A stretch of 62,750 nt of DNA, taken from the NCBI GenBank assembly GCA_963924965.1, contig CAWURM010000022.1, positions 1 through 62,750 on the forward strand, in the 5' to 3' direction. Numbering within the stretch: position 1 is the first letter of the stretch; each line of letters opens with the position of its first letter. Source of the DNA: an uncultured Flavobacterium sp. GTDB taxonomy: Bacteria; Bacteroidota; Bacteroidia; Flavobacteriales; Flavobacteriaceae. The translations under genes were made by a program, and so were the position numbers. Under the pieces are notes generated by a model, which had not been told where the DNA came from, did not search any database, and saw only the letters and a program-made list of their open reading frames with translations. Shown here one piece after another: positions 11,300 through 20,982 of the stretch.

Positions 11300-13738
11300 T
11301 TAAAACACTAATTCTAAAGTAGTGTAAAAAGTTCTATTTTCAGATGGTATAATACCGGGTCCCGGATATCCGGTCGCTCTGCGGGTAAAATAACTATTGT
11401 TTGTTAAATTAGTAATACCTGCCTCTAATTTCCATTTCCTCCATTTGTACGACGCCGAAATATCAGCTACATAATAAGCAGGAATCTCTCCAAATATTCC
11501 ATAAGTATTGTCATTTGCGTCTGTTTTACTATTGTTAGCCTCTGTAAATTGCGAAGAAACATACGTGAATTGTAAACTCGTCATAAAGTTTTTATACCCA
11601 ATTCCGGTTCCCGTTTTGACATTAAAAAGCGGTACAAATTCTACTTTGTTTCCTTGAATATTAGGCGCATCTGATTTTAAATATTGAGAATCGGTAACAG
11701 CGATATTCGAAAAAGCATTCCAAATAAAATTCTCGTTATTTTGAAAGAAGGTTTTACTCAAGCTCCAGTCAAACATGGTTTCAAAACCATAAGTAACTGC
11801 AGTTCCTATGTTAGAACGGTAGCGTACCACAGCTGCTGATCCATTAGGGTTACGGGTCTCGTATTCTCCTATTTTGTCGTTGTAATACAATCCATAAATA
11901 CTAGCATCGAATGTTACTTTGTTACCTAGTTGTCCCCGAATTCCAATATCAGAAGTAAATCCTTTTTCGTCCGAAATATTGCTGTCAATTACTTGGCTAG
12001 GGCTTACGGTACGAATATCGTTAAAGGTAACAGAACGATAGTTTTGGGATACGTTTCCGTAAATTTCGATTTGGTTTTTCGGCTTATAACTTAAACCAAC
12101 ACCTAATAAAACAAAATTTCGGTCTTTAATGTTATTCTCAAATTGTTCATCGTCTAGGATTACGTTGCCAGCTAAATCAAGGTTGATTTTTCGATAAGAA
12201 CCTTGGGCTTGTGTTTTTATTTTTTCGAATCTAAAACCGGGAGTAATAGAAAAATTAGCGTTGACTTTGAATATGTTTTCTCCAAATATCGCCACATTTA
12301 AATTAGGGAATGTATAATTAGATTGATTGGCATAAAAAGGAAATTCAGTAGAGGCAAGCTTAAAATTGGCATCGCTACCCGTGCTTCCAGGACCTTGTAG
12401 TCCTGTGTTTTTAGATTGGTAATATTTGGTACCAATTAAAAAAGCACTTGTGTTTTCGCCTATGGAGTAGCGTTTTAAATAACGGGCTTCGGCTCCCCAA
12501 TTAACAAAGTCTCCCGCGATTAAATCCCTCACACTTCCTTCTGGATCAGCACTTGAAACGCGATTTGAGCGATAACCCACGGTTTTTCTGCTGGCATCTA
12601 GTCCAAATAGTTGAAGTGAAAAATCAGCGTCATTATTAAATTTATGCTCTAAACGTAACGAAAATAAATTCCAGTTTACTGCAAACCAGTTGCGGCTTCT
12701 ATTGCTTTGTGTAGGATCTTGATTGAACATCACGTCAGTCAAACCGCCCGCTTGTTGTGCTAAATAGTTGAAATAGGTGTAATCAAAATGCAGCGCCGTT
12801 TTATCACTGAATTGGTAATTGAAATTAGCGAAATAATTTTCGCTGTGAAATTCGGAGTTGGGTCTAAAACCATTTCCTTGTTTGTAATTGTAAAAAGTAT
12901 AGTAACTGAATTTGTCTTTGGTACCGCTTAAGGATGTGAAATTAGTAAATAGACCATAAGATCCAATGGTGTTTCTATAGGTTAATTCAAATGGTTTTTT
13001 GCTGGGTGTTTTTGTCTTAAAGTTTACTAGGCCACCAAATTGGGTCCCGTATTGTAAAGAAGCGGCACCGCGAATAACTTGGATTTCTTCTAGCGCCTCG
13101 GTAGGAGTAGCATAATAACTTTCTGGATAACCTAATACGTCAGCACTGATATCATAGCCATTTTGGCGTGTGTTGAAATTGGAAGTTCGGTTTGGATTTA
13201 ATCCGCGACCACCTATACTTAATTGTAAACCACCATCGGAGCTTTCATTGATGGTAAGTCCAACTACTTGTGCAAATATTTGTCGGGCATTGTTAGTTGC
13301 CTTGTTAGCAGTTAATTTATCAATGGCAATTACTTCCGTTTTTTTACCGGCATAAATAGCGGTACCCTCGATGTCTTTTAACTTATGAAGGGCAAATACT
13401 TTTTCGTTTTGTTTTTTAATAATTACCTCGGTTAGGTTATTTATTTTTGTCAAGGTAATTGTGATTGTACTGCCAGTAGTAATACTATTTTGCTCAATAA
13501 TGGCGTACCCTTCTTTGAAAAAAACAAAATCAAAACTTCCTGATTTTTTTTCATTGATTTCAAATGCACCATTTGCATCAGTAAATGTTTTGGTATTGGT
13601 AGACTTGTTATAGATTTCTACTCGAGCCAGTTTTTTTCCATTTCCATCAGTTACTACACCTGAAATTTTATTTTGAGCGATAGTAAGTAGGGGAAAAATT
13701 AAAAATAGAATTAGACTAAAATCCTTTAATTTCATCAT
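11300..13738 (-). CDS. TonB-dependent receptor (FecA-like) with N-terminal carboxypeptidase-regulatory-like domain
   Basis: Plug motifs IGGRGL and IQVIRGAASLQYG, barrel end NLTNNSY...TLELVF; start re-called at MMKLKDF, overlapping the upstream stop. Confidence 0.92.
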   Translation of the reverse strand: MMKLKDFSLILFLIFPLLTIAQNKISGVVTDGNGKKLARVEIYNKSTNTKTFTDANGAFEINEKKSGSFDFVFFKEGYAIIEQNSITTGSTITITLTKINNLTEVIIKKQNEKVFALHKLKDIEGTAIYAGKKTEVIAIDKLTANKATNNARQIFAQVVGLTINESSDGGLQLSIGGRGLNPNRTSNFNTRQNGYDISADVLGYPESYYATPTEALEEIQVIRGAASLQYGTQFGGLVNFKTKTPSKKPFELTYRNTIGSYGLFTNFTSLSGTKDKFSYYTFYNYKQGNGFRPNSEFHSENYFANFNYQFSDKTALHFDYTYFNYLAQQAGGLTDVMFNQDPTQSNRSRNWFAVNWNLFSLRLEHKFNNDADFSLQLFGLDASRKTVGYRSNRVSSADPEGSVRDLIAGDFVNWGAEARYLKRYSIGENTSAFLIGTKYYQSKNTGLQGPGSTGSDANFKLASTEFPFYANQSNYTFPNLNVAIFGENIFKVNANFSITPGFRFEKIKTQAQGSYRKINLDLAGNVILDDEQFENNIKDRNFVLLGVGLSYKPKNQIEIYGNVSQNYRSVTFNDIRTVSPSQVIDSNISDEKGFTSDIGIRGQLGNKVTFDASIYGLYYNDKIGEYETRNPNGSAAVVRYRSNIGTAVTYGFETMFDWSLSKTFFQNNENFIWNAFSNIAVTDSQYLKSDAPNIQGNKVEFVPLFNVKTGTGIGYKNFMTSLQFTYVSSQFTEANNSKTDANDNTYGIFGEIPAYYVADISASYKWRKWKLEAGITNLTNNSYFTRRATGYPGPGIIPSENRTFYTTLELVF

Positions 13739-15074
13739 TAAAAGGTAGAATCCAGGTTTTGTGTTTGAAACTTTCATTTTCTTTGGCTAAATTTATTTTT
13801 GAGTCTATATATTTTTGGCTTAATCGTCCGTTGAGTGCTACATAACTTTCTACATATACTTCGGGCTCAGTGAGGCCTTGCTCCTTATAATAATCATGCA
13901 AATAATGTGCATATTCCAGTATAAAATCAGGTTGAAATGCCATTTGTTTTTCTTGAAATGCAGTTAAAAAATGGCTGTTATTTACAGTAATTTCTTTTTT
14001 TGTGATTGCATCTTTTACGGTAAAGGTCGTGTATCCCGCTTTTTCCATCAGCATTACGCGCCAGGAGAAACGGAAACCTTCTTCGGTCCAAAATAATTCA
14101 TTGGGATAGCATAAATACCTAAAAGGAAACAGCAGTTGAAAGGCCAGAAAACTGCCTATAAAAGCGATTTTGAGTTGATTTTTGGTATTGAAATTTTGTG
14201 TTTTTACTTTTCCGTTTTCGAATAAAGCAAGACTACTGGAGAATATTTTTGAAATATAGGTTAAGGCTTTTTTGTGGAAACTAGCATCAAAGAAAATTAG
14301 CGTACTGATGATCATAACGTAAGGGAAGACGCCTATTGGGAAAAGTATTTTAGTTAATATATGAAAAACTACGACTAGAATAAATCCAAAAAGTCTAGTT
14401 CTTTTGTACAATAATAAAAACACGATTCCGAGGTCGTAAATTGCTCCTGTCCAACTAAAAGCGTAATGCACCCAATTTTGATTTAGCAAAGGACCAATAA
14501 CCTGTAGATTAGAATTGTGGGGTAACCATATTTTAAGCGGCATGGCTTCTAATAACCAATCTGAATTAAGTTTAGCCAGTCCCGCATAAAAATAAACAAC
14601 AGCTAAAAGTAATTTTAGAATATCAATGTTCCAAGTTGGTATTTTTTCAAAACGTAATTTCTCGTTTTTAGCAGCATCAATTGAAAAATAACAGTTGGCG
14701 GGCAAAAACAATAATACAAAACTGATTAATGATATAAAATAGTAGTGATTGAGATAAGTGGTTTTATCCATTAACTCAATATAGGTAAAACTCAAAAAGA
14801 AGCTTAGAATTGCCCATTTGTATTTATAGCCAATAGCTACAAATAAGGCTGCTAGACCACAAATTAAAAATACTAAATACGTATAATTTCCAATGGGTTT
14901 TACCCATTCAAAACCATAATAGGTAAAATGAAATCCAGGGGTAATGTAAAATTTTTTGATCCAACCATAACTCGCAAAACGAATCAAACTCAATAGCATC
15001 ATTAAACCAAACGCTAGCCTATAAAAAGCTAGCGTTGCGGCTGAAGTATATTGTTTGAAATAATTTTGAATCAT
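13716..15074 (-). CDS. HTTM-domain / vitamin K-dependent gamma-carboxylase-like membrane protein
   Basis: LAFYRLAFG, YLNHYY, YFYAGLAKLNSDWL, EEGFRFSWRVML, VALNGR, WILP. Confidence 0.9.
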   Translation of the reverse strand: MIQNYFKQYTSAATLAFYRLAFGLMMLLSLIRFASYGWIKKFYITPGFHFTYYGFEWVKPIGNYTYLVFLICGLAALFVAIGYKYKWAILSFFLSFTYIELMDKTTYLNHYYFISLISFVLLFLPANCYFSIDAAKNEKLRFEKIPTWNIDILKLLLAVVYFYAGLAKLNSDWLLEAMPLKIWLPHNSNLQVIGPLLNQNWVHYAFSWTGAIYDLGIVFLLLYKRTRLFGFILVVVFHILTKILFPIGVFPYVMIISTLIFFDASFHKKALTYISKIFSSSLALFENGKVKTQNFNTKNQLKIAFIGSFLAFQLLFPFRYLCYPNELFWTEEGFRFSWRVMLMEKAGYTTFTVKDAITKKEITVNNSHFLTAFQEKQMAFQPDFILEYAHYLHDYYKEQGLTEPEVYVESYVALNGRLSQKYIDSKINLAKENESFKHKTWILPFNDEIKGF

Positions 15075-15125
15075 TAGTGTGAAGCTATTTAATCAAGTAA
15101 TCGTTGGTTCTTCTTTTTACTAAAA

Positions 15126-16244
15126 TTAATCTCCGTCACCATCTACATAATCAATGGTGATATTTAACGCCTGCATCATATCAAGTTTTACATAGACCAC
15201 ATTTTGTTGTAACGCATCATATGCAGCGAGCATTTTAGAATTGTCACTGTTGATCTGATTCGAAAAACTAGTATTTAGTGTTGCTGTCGATGTAAAAATC
15301 GCGCTAAATTGATTGTTGATAATGGTACTTAGTTTTACTCCAGTACGTAAAGCATTAACATAATCTAAATAAGATTTTAAACCTTCTCCTGTTGTGGAGC
15401 TGTTAAAATGTTTTCCATTAAAAAAATCTTGTGACGCTTTAAGCGCTGTAGTGAACAATTCTTTTGAAACATCATTTTTGTAGTACGCTTCTACTTTTTC
15501 AGGAAATTTAACGCCGCTTGAAAAAACTCCAGATGGAATGCCCATTTTTCCTGATCGAATATTTTTCTCTAAATTCTTAACATAGTTATTCGTTGTGATA
15601 TTTACAGAGCTACTTACAGTTGTACCGCTATTAGCGATATACGTTGCTTTGTATCCTGAATTCCAATCAGCCAAAACTGTATCAGCAGTTGTTTGTAAAC
15701 GAGCCACTACATCAGTTAAGTATTTTTGGTATTTTGTTGCGTTGGCATTTGTACTATAGAATGAAATAATTGAAGCATTTGTTGTACCTAGTCCGTTGAT
15801 TAAGTAATCAAGTGCAGGAAAACCTTGTTTGTCAAATTGCGATAATAAGGTCAAGTTGTATCCTCCAGTTGCAATATTAGCATCAATTCCAGCAGCATTG
15901 GTTGGGTAGGTATTGGCGCTTTCTTTAAGGTTTATTTCTTCGGATTTTCCAAAGCTATAAATAGCAACATATTGATAGGCTTTGTACGCTTCTAACCAAG
16001 AAGCTCTTACTGTTAGTAAGTTTGCTTCGGATGGAGTTGTATTAAAGGTAGCAATATTAGTTGCAAGTACTTTAATTTTAGATTGGTAGTTTGTATAACT
16101 TGGAACGATAATATTATCGGCCCAATTGGTTAAAAGTAATTTACGGTCGTAATTACTACCTCCTGTTACATCGCTACTATCGTCGCTTGAGGAACAAGCT
16201 ACTATTGTAATTAAAGCGGTAAAGAGTATCAATAGTTTCTTCAT
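15126..16244 (-). CDS. Imelysin-family (peptidase M75-like) lipoprotein
   Basis: Lipobox IVAC; WADNIIVPSY, RASWLEAY, GFPALDYL, C-terminal DGDGD. Confidence 0.85.
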   Translation of the reverse strand: MKKLLILFTALITIVACSSSDDSSDVTGGSNYDRKLLLTNWADNIIVPSYTNYQSKIKVLATNIATFNTTPSEANLLTVRASWLEAYKAYQYVAIYSFGKSEEINLKESANTYPTNAAGIDANIATGGYNLTLLSQFDKQGFPALDYLINGLGTTNASIISFYSTNANATKYQKYLTDVVARLQTTADTVLADWNSGYKATYIANSGTTVSSSVNITTNNYVKNLEKNIRSGKMGIPSGVFSSGVKFPEKVEAYYKNDVSKELFTTALKASQDFFNGKHFNSSTTGEGLKSYLDYVNALRTGVKLSTIINNQFSAIFTSTATLNTSFSNQINSDNSKMLAAYDALQQNVVYVKLDMMQALNITIDYVDGDGD

Positions 16245-16289
16245 GTTACTTTTTTTTATTTTGCAAAAATACAAATCAATTCGTACTTA

Positions 16290-16306
16290 TCTATATTTAT
16301 TCTAAA
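16290..16306. promoter_or_regulatory. Degenerate TTTAGA-N5-TCTAAA box upstream of imelysin, near a minus-strand TATTTTTG -7 element
   Basis: TCTATA-TTTAT-TCTAAA, 2 mismatches to the palindrome at 17589. Confidence 0.4.
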
Positions 16307-17518
16307 TTAATTTACTGTAGCTGCTTGTGCAACTGTGAAACCAAATTTGATTGCGATTTGAGTCGACATGGCATCTAATTTAGCGCCCAATGTATCAATA
16401 TCCCATAGTCCATTTGTACCGCTCACCATATTAGCAAGCATAGCATCAACTTCTGATTTTGAAAGGTAAGGAGCGTTTGTTGCTGGATTATTTGTGTATC
16501 TTAATGAAATGATAAATCCATATGCTTCTGAAAGCGCATGGAAGGCTTTCGCTCCTTTATCGGTTACTAATTTTCCTTTTCCTTCTTGTAAATAAAACAC
16601 AGCTCTTACTGCAGGTACTAAGGCTAGTTTAGCTTTAATAATGGCAATTTGTGCATCACGAGTGGCATAATCATTAGCAACAATTGCTGCTCTACCTTTA
16701 CGAAAAGCTAAATTGATATCAGCAGTTAAGGTATTAAAATCAGCATCAGCATTTACTTGGCTAATGTAACTACTCCAGAATTTTGTTCCATCAACACTAT
16801 AAATATATCCGTAGGCTTCATCCCAGTTGTGCTCCATTGTAGTGTAGGTTTTACCTGTTTCTACAATTTTATTGGAATTGTTTATTTTATTAGATCCTTC
16901 ATCTAGTTTGTTTTTACTTAAGTAATTGTTAGCAATTTGATCCATGAAACTAGCTCCCATCATTCCTTTTAGAAGAATTTGTTGTGGTTCTAAACCATTT
17001 GGTGCAAATAATCGTTTGCTTGTTCCGTCTAGATAGGCACCCGCAACTCCGGCAGCAGCATTAGTACCTAAACTAGCTTGTTGTGCTAAAGTTAATTGTG
17101 TTTCAAAGAAAGCTTGAACGCTCAGTTTTTCAGTAGTACTTCCACCTCCTAAGTACAATTCGAAATAATCTTTTGAAGCCGCTGTTTTATCTTTCAATTG
17201 TTTTCCTGAAGTATTCAAGTCAGTTGTTGAGAAAGGATTATTCGAATTGGAGTACATGTTGCTCAATACGGTTTTGTCGGCAATTGTTCCATTTGTAGCA
17301 GCATTTTTTATGACATTCCCCATTTCTTCTAACATCAGTAATCTATTACTTTGTCCTGAAAAATCAACAGTAGTTGTGCTGTTTCTTTCAAATGTATAGG
17401 TTGCAGGTACCGTATAGTTAGCAATTGGTTCTTCAGATGAACCATCATCATTGGTACAAGAAATGATAGATAATGAAGCTATAGTTAAGGCTGAATAAAT
17501 TAATTTAGAATATTTCAT
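16307..17518 (-). CDS. DUF4856-family lipoprotein
   Basis: Lipobox IISC; VPATYTFER, DFSGQ, EHNWDEAYGY, HALSEAYGF; start re-called at MKYSK. Confidence 0.85.
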   Translation of the reverse strand: MKYSKLIYSALTIASLSIISCTNDDGSSEEPIANYTVPATYTFERNSTTTVDFSGQSNRLLMLEEMGNVIKNAATNGTIADKTVLSNMYSNSNNPFSTTDLNTSGKQLKDKTAASKDYFELYLGGGSTTEKLSVQAFFETQLTLAQQASLGTNAAAGVAGAYLDGTSKRLFAPNGLEPQQILLKGMMGASFMDQIANNYLSKNKLDEGSNKINNSNKIVETGKTYTTMEHNWDEAYGYIYSVDGTKFWSSYISQVNADADFNTLTADINLAFRKGRAAIVANDYATRDAQIAIIKAKLALVPAVRAVFYLQEGKGKLVTDKGAKAFHALSEAYGFIISLRYTNNPATNAPYLSKSEVDAMLANMVSGTNGLWDIDTLGAKLDAMSTQIAIKFGFTVAQAATVN

Positions 17519-17523
17519 GTGTG

Positions 17524-17608
17524 TTATTAAGATTAAATAAAAATAATAATGCAAATATAATACTCAAATTAATATCTGCAAAATTTTGTTTAGATTATTT
17601 CTAAATAA
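17524..17608. promoter_or_regulatory. Promoter of DUF4856 operon: -7 box flanked by two operator-like palindromes (candidate Fur/metal-repressor sites)
   Basis: TTTAGA-TTATT-TCTAAA at 17589-17605, TTAAGA-TTAAA-TAAAAA at 17527-17543, minus-strand TATATTTG at 17552-17559. Confidence 0.55.
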
Positions 17609-17813
17609 TATTTTAATACATTGTATTACAGAGTAATAGGCGTATATTTTTTAAAATATAATCCTATAGTTGAGGTTTTTTTTTAGTGATTTTTGGTTCT
17701 TGTAAATGAAATTTTGATCTTCCTTTCATGTTAAATATTAAAAAAAGACGAGCCTCAGTGCTAATACTCATCAATATTGAAAGCCTAAAAAAAAGGAACG
17801 TTCATTTTTAAAT

Positions 17814-17848
17814 AAAAAAGAGATTCTATTTTTTAGAATCTCTTTTTT
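17814..17848. terminator. Intrinsic terminator after the small ORF
   Basis: AAAAAAGAGATTCTA-ttttt-TAGAATCTCTTTTTT. Confidence 0.75.
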
Positions 17849-17886
17849 AGAAATGGTTTTGAATTTAAATTAGTAAAACAAAAAAA

Positions 17887-18027
17887 TTAACATTCTTCAA
17901 GAATTAATTCTTCTTCAGGAGTTTTAATCGTCGGTGTATTATTTTCTTTAAAATTTGTTTCTGCTAATTTTTTGTATTCTTTTTGGAGTTTTTCAATTTC
18001 ATTCTTTTCACTTAGTAAGCCCATCAT
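17887..18027 (-). CDS. 46-aa small protein missed by the ORF track; N-half resembles Lacal_2735-family proteins
   Basis: Hand translation MMGLLSEKNEIEKLQKEYKKLAETNFKENNTPTIKTPEEELILEEC*; TAAATTTG -7 box upstream and terminator downstream. Confidence 0.65.
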   Translation of the reverse strand: MMGLLSEKNEIEKLQKEYKKLAETNFKENNTPTIKTPEEELILEEC

Positions 18028-18131
18028 AATCGTAATTTTTTGCAAATTTAGTTTTTTTGAATAGTATAAAATACTTAAAAAATAGAATAGGATGAGATTT
18101 AGAATTATTATAGTATTTTTGCCAAAAAACC

Positions 18132-18944
18132 GTGATTAGTTTTACAATTTATGAAAATAAGAAGGCAACTCAAGCAAGTGAAAGCGAGCAGGGGAAGCAA
18201 TGGGTAACTTTTGTGCACGGTGCAGGAGGGAGTTCTTCTATTTGGTTTAAGCAAATTAGGGATTTTCAAAAACACTACAATGTATTATTATTGGATTTAA
18301 GAGGTCATGGAGATTCTAAACCTACATTAAAAACAGCATTCAAACAAAAATATACGTTTTCGGCTTTGGCTAATGATATCCTAGAAGTGCTGGATCATCT
18401 CAAAATTGAAAAATCACATTTCATAGGTATTTCATTAGGAACAATATTGATAAGACAATTGGCTGAAATGTATCCGGAAAGAGTGCAAACTATGGTACTT
18501 GGTGGTGCAATTTTAAAAATGAATTTTCGTTCGCAAATATTAATGAAATTAGGAAACGCATTCAAGTATGTTTTACCTTATTTAGTTCTATATCGCTTTT
18601 TTGCTTTTGTGATTATGCCTAAAAAAAGTCATAAAAAATCTCGCTTACTCTTTATCAATGAAGCTAAAAAACTCTATCAAAAGGAATTTATTAAATGGTT
18701 TAAGCTTACTGCCGAAATTAATCCTGTTTTAAAATGGTTTCGTCAAGTGGAGTTAAATATCCCTACATTATACGTCATGGGTGAGGAAGATTATATGTTT
18801 TTACCCTCGGTTCGTAAAGTGGTAGAAAATCATTATAAATCCTCCAGTTTATTAGTAATTGAAAATTGTGGGCATGTGGTTAATGTCGAGCAGCCTATTG
18901 TTTTTAACAGGGAAGTACTCTCATTCATGAGTAGAAAAAAATAA
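18132..18944 (+). CDS. Alpha/beta hydrolase
   Basis: FVHGAGG, DLRGHG, GISLG nucleophile elbow, GEED, CGH. Confidence 0.9.
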   Translation: MISFTIYENKKATQASESEQGKQWVTFVHGAGGSSSIWFKQIRDFQKHYNVLLLDLRGHGDSKPTLKTAFKQKYTFSALANDILEVLDHLKIEKSHFIGISLGTILIRQLAEMYPERVQTMVLGGAILKMNFRSQILMKLGNAFKYVLPYLVLYRFFAFVIMPKKSHKKSRLLFINEAKKLYQKEFIKWFKLTAEINPVLKWFRQVELNIPTLYVMGEEDYMFLPSVRKVVENHYKSSSLLVIENCGHVVNVEQPIVFNREVLSFMSRKK

Positions 18945-18980
18945 AAAAATGCCGACATCCTAAAATGCCGGCATTTTTTT
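18943..18980. terminator. Bidirectional terminator
   Basis: AAAAAAATGCCG...CGGCATTTTTT. Confidence 0.7.
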
Positions 18981-19131
18981 AACTAACCAAAACCAAATAA
19001 TAAATAACCAGTTTATTACTATGCAAAGATCATATATAACTCCGTGTTAAGATGTTAAAATTGTGTTATTAGTTTGTTGTGTAATAGTTAAGATTTTAGT
19101 TTTTTCTTTTTAACAATTGAAAAACAGTGGT

Positions 19132-19986
19132 TTATAGAAAAATAACTGTTTTATTACTATAGGTCATTACTTTTCGTTCCGCATGTAATTTTATGGCTCT
19201 TGCTAGTACGATACGTTCTAAATCTCTTCCTTTCATGATGAAATCATCTACGGAATTGACATGTGAAACACGTGAAATATCTTGCTCAATAATTGGACCC
19301 TCATCTAATTCTTCAGTGACATAATGACTCGTTGCTCCAATAATTTTTACTCCACGTTTGAATGCTGAATGATAAGGTTTTGCACCAGGAAAAGCAGGTA
19401 AAAAGGAGTGGTGAATATTGATAATTTTATTTTCGTAGAGCGCAATCAATTTGGGTGTGATAATTTGCATGTATCGTGCCAAAACAATAAAATTCACTTC
19501 AAACTCTTTCAATAACTCAATCTGCTTTTTTTCTCCTTCTTCTTTACTATCCTTTGTAAATGGGACATGAAAAAACGGAATGTTAAATTGATCTGCGATA
19601 GGTTTTAAATCTTGATGATTACTTATTATTAAAGGGATCTCTACTTCTAATTCGCCTGCGCTATAACGGCCTAAAATATCATACAAACAATGGTTGTATT
19701 TAGAAACAAATAGCGCCATCTTAGGTTTTACATCTTTGTTATAAAAATCCCAAGCCATGTTAAAATCATGTGCAATTGTTTTTTGGAAATCCTCTTTGAT
19801 CGATGCTAAACTAATAGAATCATTTGTCAATTGACTTTCTAAACGCATAAAAAAAACATTTTGTTCTACATCCACATGTTGATCGATATAGGTAATGTTT
19901 CCTTCGACTTTTAGGATAAAATTAGTTACGGCTGCAATAATTCCTTTTTGGTCTTTGCAATGTATGAGTAAGGTAATCTTTTGCAT
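19132..19986 (-). CDS. purU: Formyltetrahydrofolate deformylase
   Basis: N-terminal ACT domain, VLARYMQI, INIHHSFLPAFPGAKPYH, LDEGPIIEQ. Confidence 0.96.
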   Translation of the reverse strand: MQKITLLIHCKDQKGIIAAVTNFILKVEGNITYIDQHVDVEQNVFFMRLESQLTNDSISLASIKEDFQKTIAHDFNMAWDFYNKDVKPKMALFVSKYNHCLYDILGRYSAGELEVEIPLIISNHQDLKPIADQFNIPFFHVPFTKDSKEEGEKKQIELLKEFEVNFIVLARYMQIITPKLIALYENKIINIHHSFLPAFPGAKPYHSAFKRGVKIIGATSHYVTEELDEGPIIEQDISRVSHVNSVDDFIMKGRDLERIVLARAIKLHAERKVMTYSNKTVIFL

Positions 19987-20018
19987 TTTAGTTGCTTATT
20001 ATTGGAAATAGATATTAA

Positions 20019-20726
20019 TTATTTTTTGTCTTGCATGGCAAAAACGGATTGTAATAAAGGAGAAGTTCGAGCACTGATATTGGTTCTTATGTTTAGCTCT
20101 TCAACAGCAATCATCTTAAAAACACCATTCATTGCTTGCGTCGTTACGTAGTCATTCAAGTCTGGATTTACTTTATTTACTAGAGGAATGCTGTTGTACT
20201 TTGTAATGATGTTCAACCACACTTTATCCGCTCCCACTTTGCTAAATGAATTTTTGATAACAGGATTAAATTTAGCATACAAAGCAGTTGAGGTACTTGA
20301 TTGTAAATAAACAGTGGCGGCGCTATTGTTCCCCAATAAAATAGTTTTTGCATCCGTAAAAGTGATGTTTTTTACTGCATCTACAAAAATTGGTGTGGCT
20401 TCTTTTACTGCATCTTCAGCAGCGCGGTTCAGTACTTTTAAACCTTCATCAGCAAGGGAACTCAATCCTATACTTCTTAATCCCGCGTCTACTTTTCGTA
20501 ATTCGGGAGGCAAAAGAATTTTTACAGCTTCATTTTTAAAAAAACCATCGGTCGCAGTAAGTTTTGTTACTTGTTTAGTAATACCATTATTTAAGGCTTC
20601 TCGTAAACCGGCAGCAATATTAGTGCTTCCTATAGTTCCAAGTGTGGGATATTGATTTGCAATTTGTTGTAATTCGGCACAACTAGAAAGAGAAAACAAG
20701 GCTATAATTAATACTAATTTTTTCAT
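20019..20726 (-). CDS. DUF4197 lipoprotein
   Basis: Lipobox LSSC; GLREAL, KILLPPEL, LNRAAEDA, EELNIR. Confidence 0.88.
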   Translation of the reverse strand: MKKLVLIIALFSLSSCAELQQIANQYPTLGTIGSTNIAAGLREALNNGITKQVTKLTATDGFFKNEAVKILLPPELRKVDAGLRSIGLSSLADEGLKVLNRAAEDAVKEATPIFVDAVKNITFTDAKTILLGNNSAATVYLQSSTSTALYAKFNPVIKNSFSKVGADKVWLNIITKYNSIPLVNKVNPDLNDYVTTQAMNGVFKMIAVEELNIRTNISARTSPLLQSVFAMQDKK

Positions 20727-20812
20727 GATTTTTTTATTTCTACCAAAAATACTATTTAAATTAAATAGAGGGGCATAATTTTTTATGGAAGCACGAACTT
20801 TATGTTATATTT

Positions 20813-20881
20813 AGGAACAATTGTCCCGCTGTCCGTTATATCCACGCCAAAAAGCGTGGGATGCCACTTCCATCGGGGCTA
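20813..20881 (+). ncRNA. Flavo-1-like structured repeat/ncRNA, copy 3
   Basis: AGGAAC...TCCCGCTGTCCGTTATATCCACGC-CAAAAA-GCGTGGGATGCCACTTCCATCGGGGCTA. Confidence 0.72.
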
Positions 20882-20982
20882 ATCTAGAAGATATTCGATT
20901 TTTTATTAACATCTCAAAGGAACATAGAACAACCATTAAAAAATTTTGTAAATTGCACCCTTAAAATTATCATATTCTCAAA

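Noticed and set aside
18132-18944. MenH assignment linking menaquinone synthesis to the carboxylase-like operon
   Set aside because: Only generic alpha/beta hydrolase motifs; no other men genes nearby; divergently transcribed
20821-20881. Cobalamin riboswitch upstream of B12-dependent icmF
   Set aside because: No B12-box core recognised; the structure is a copy of the dispersed repeat also found beside unrelated genes
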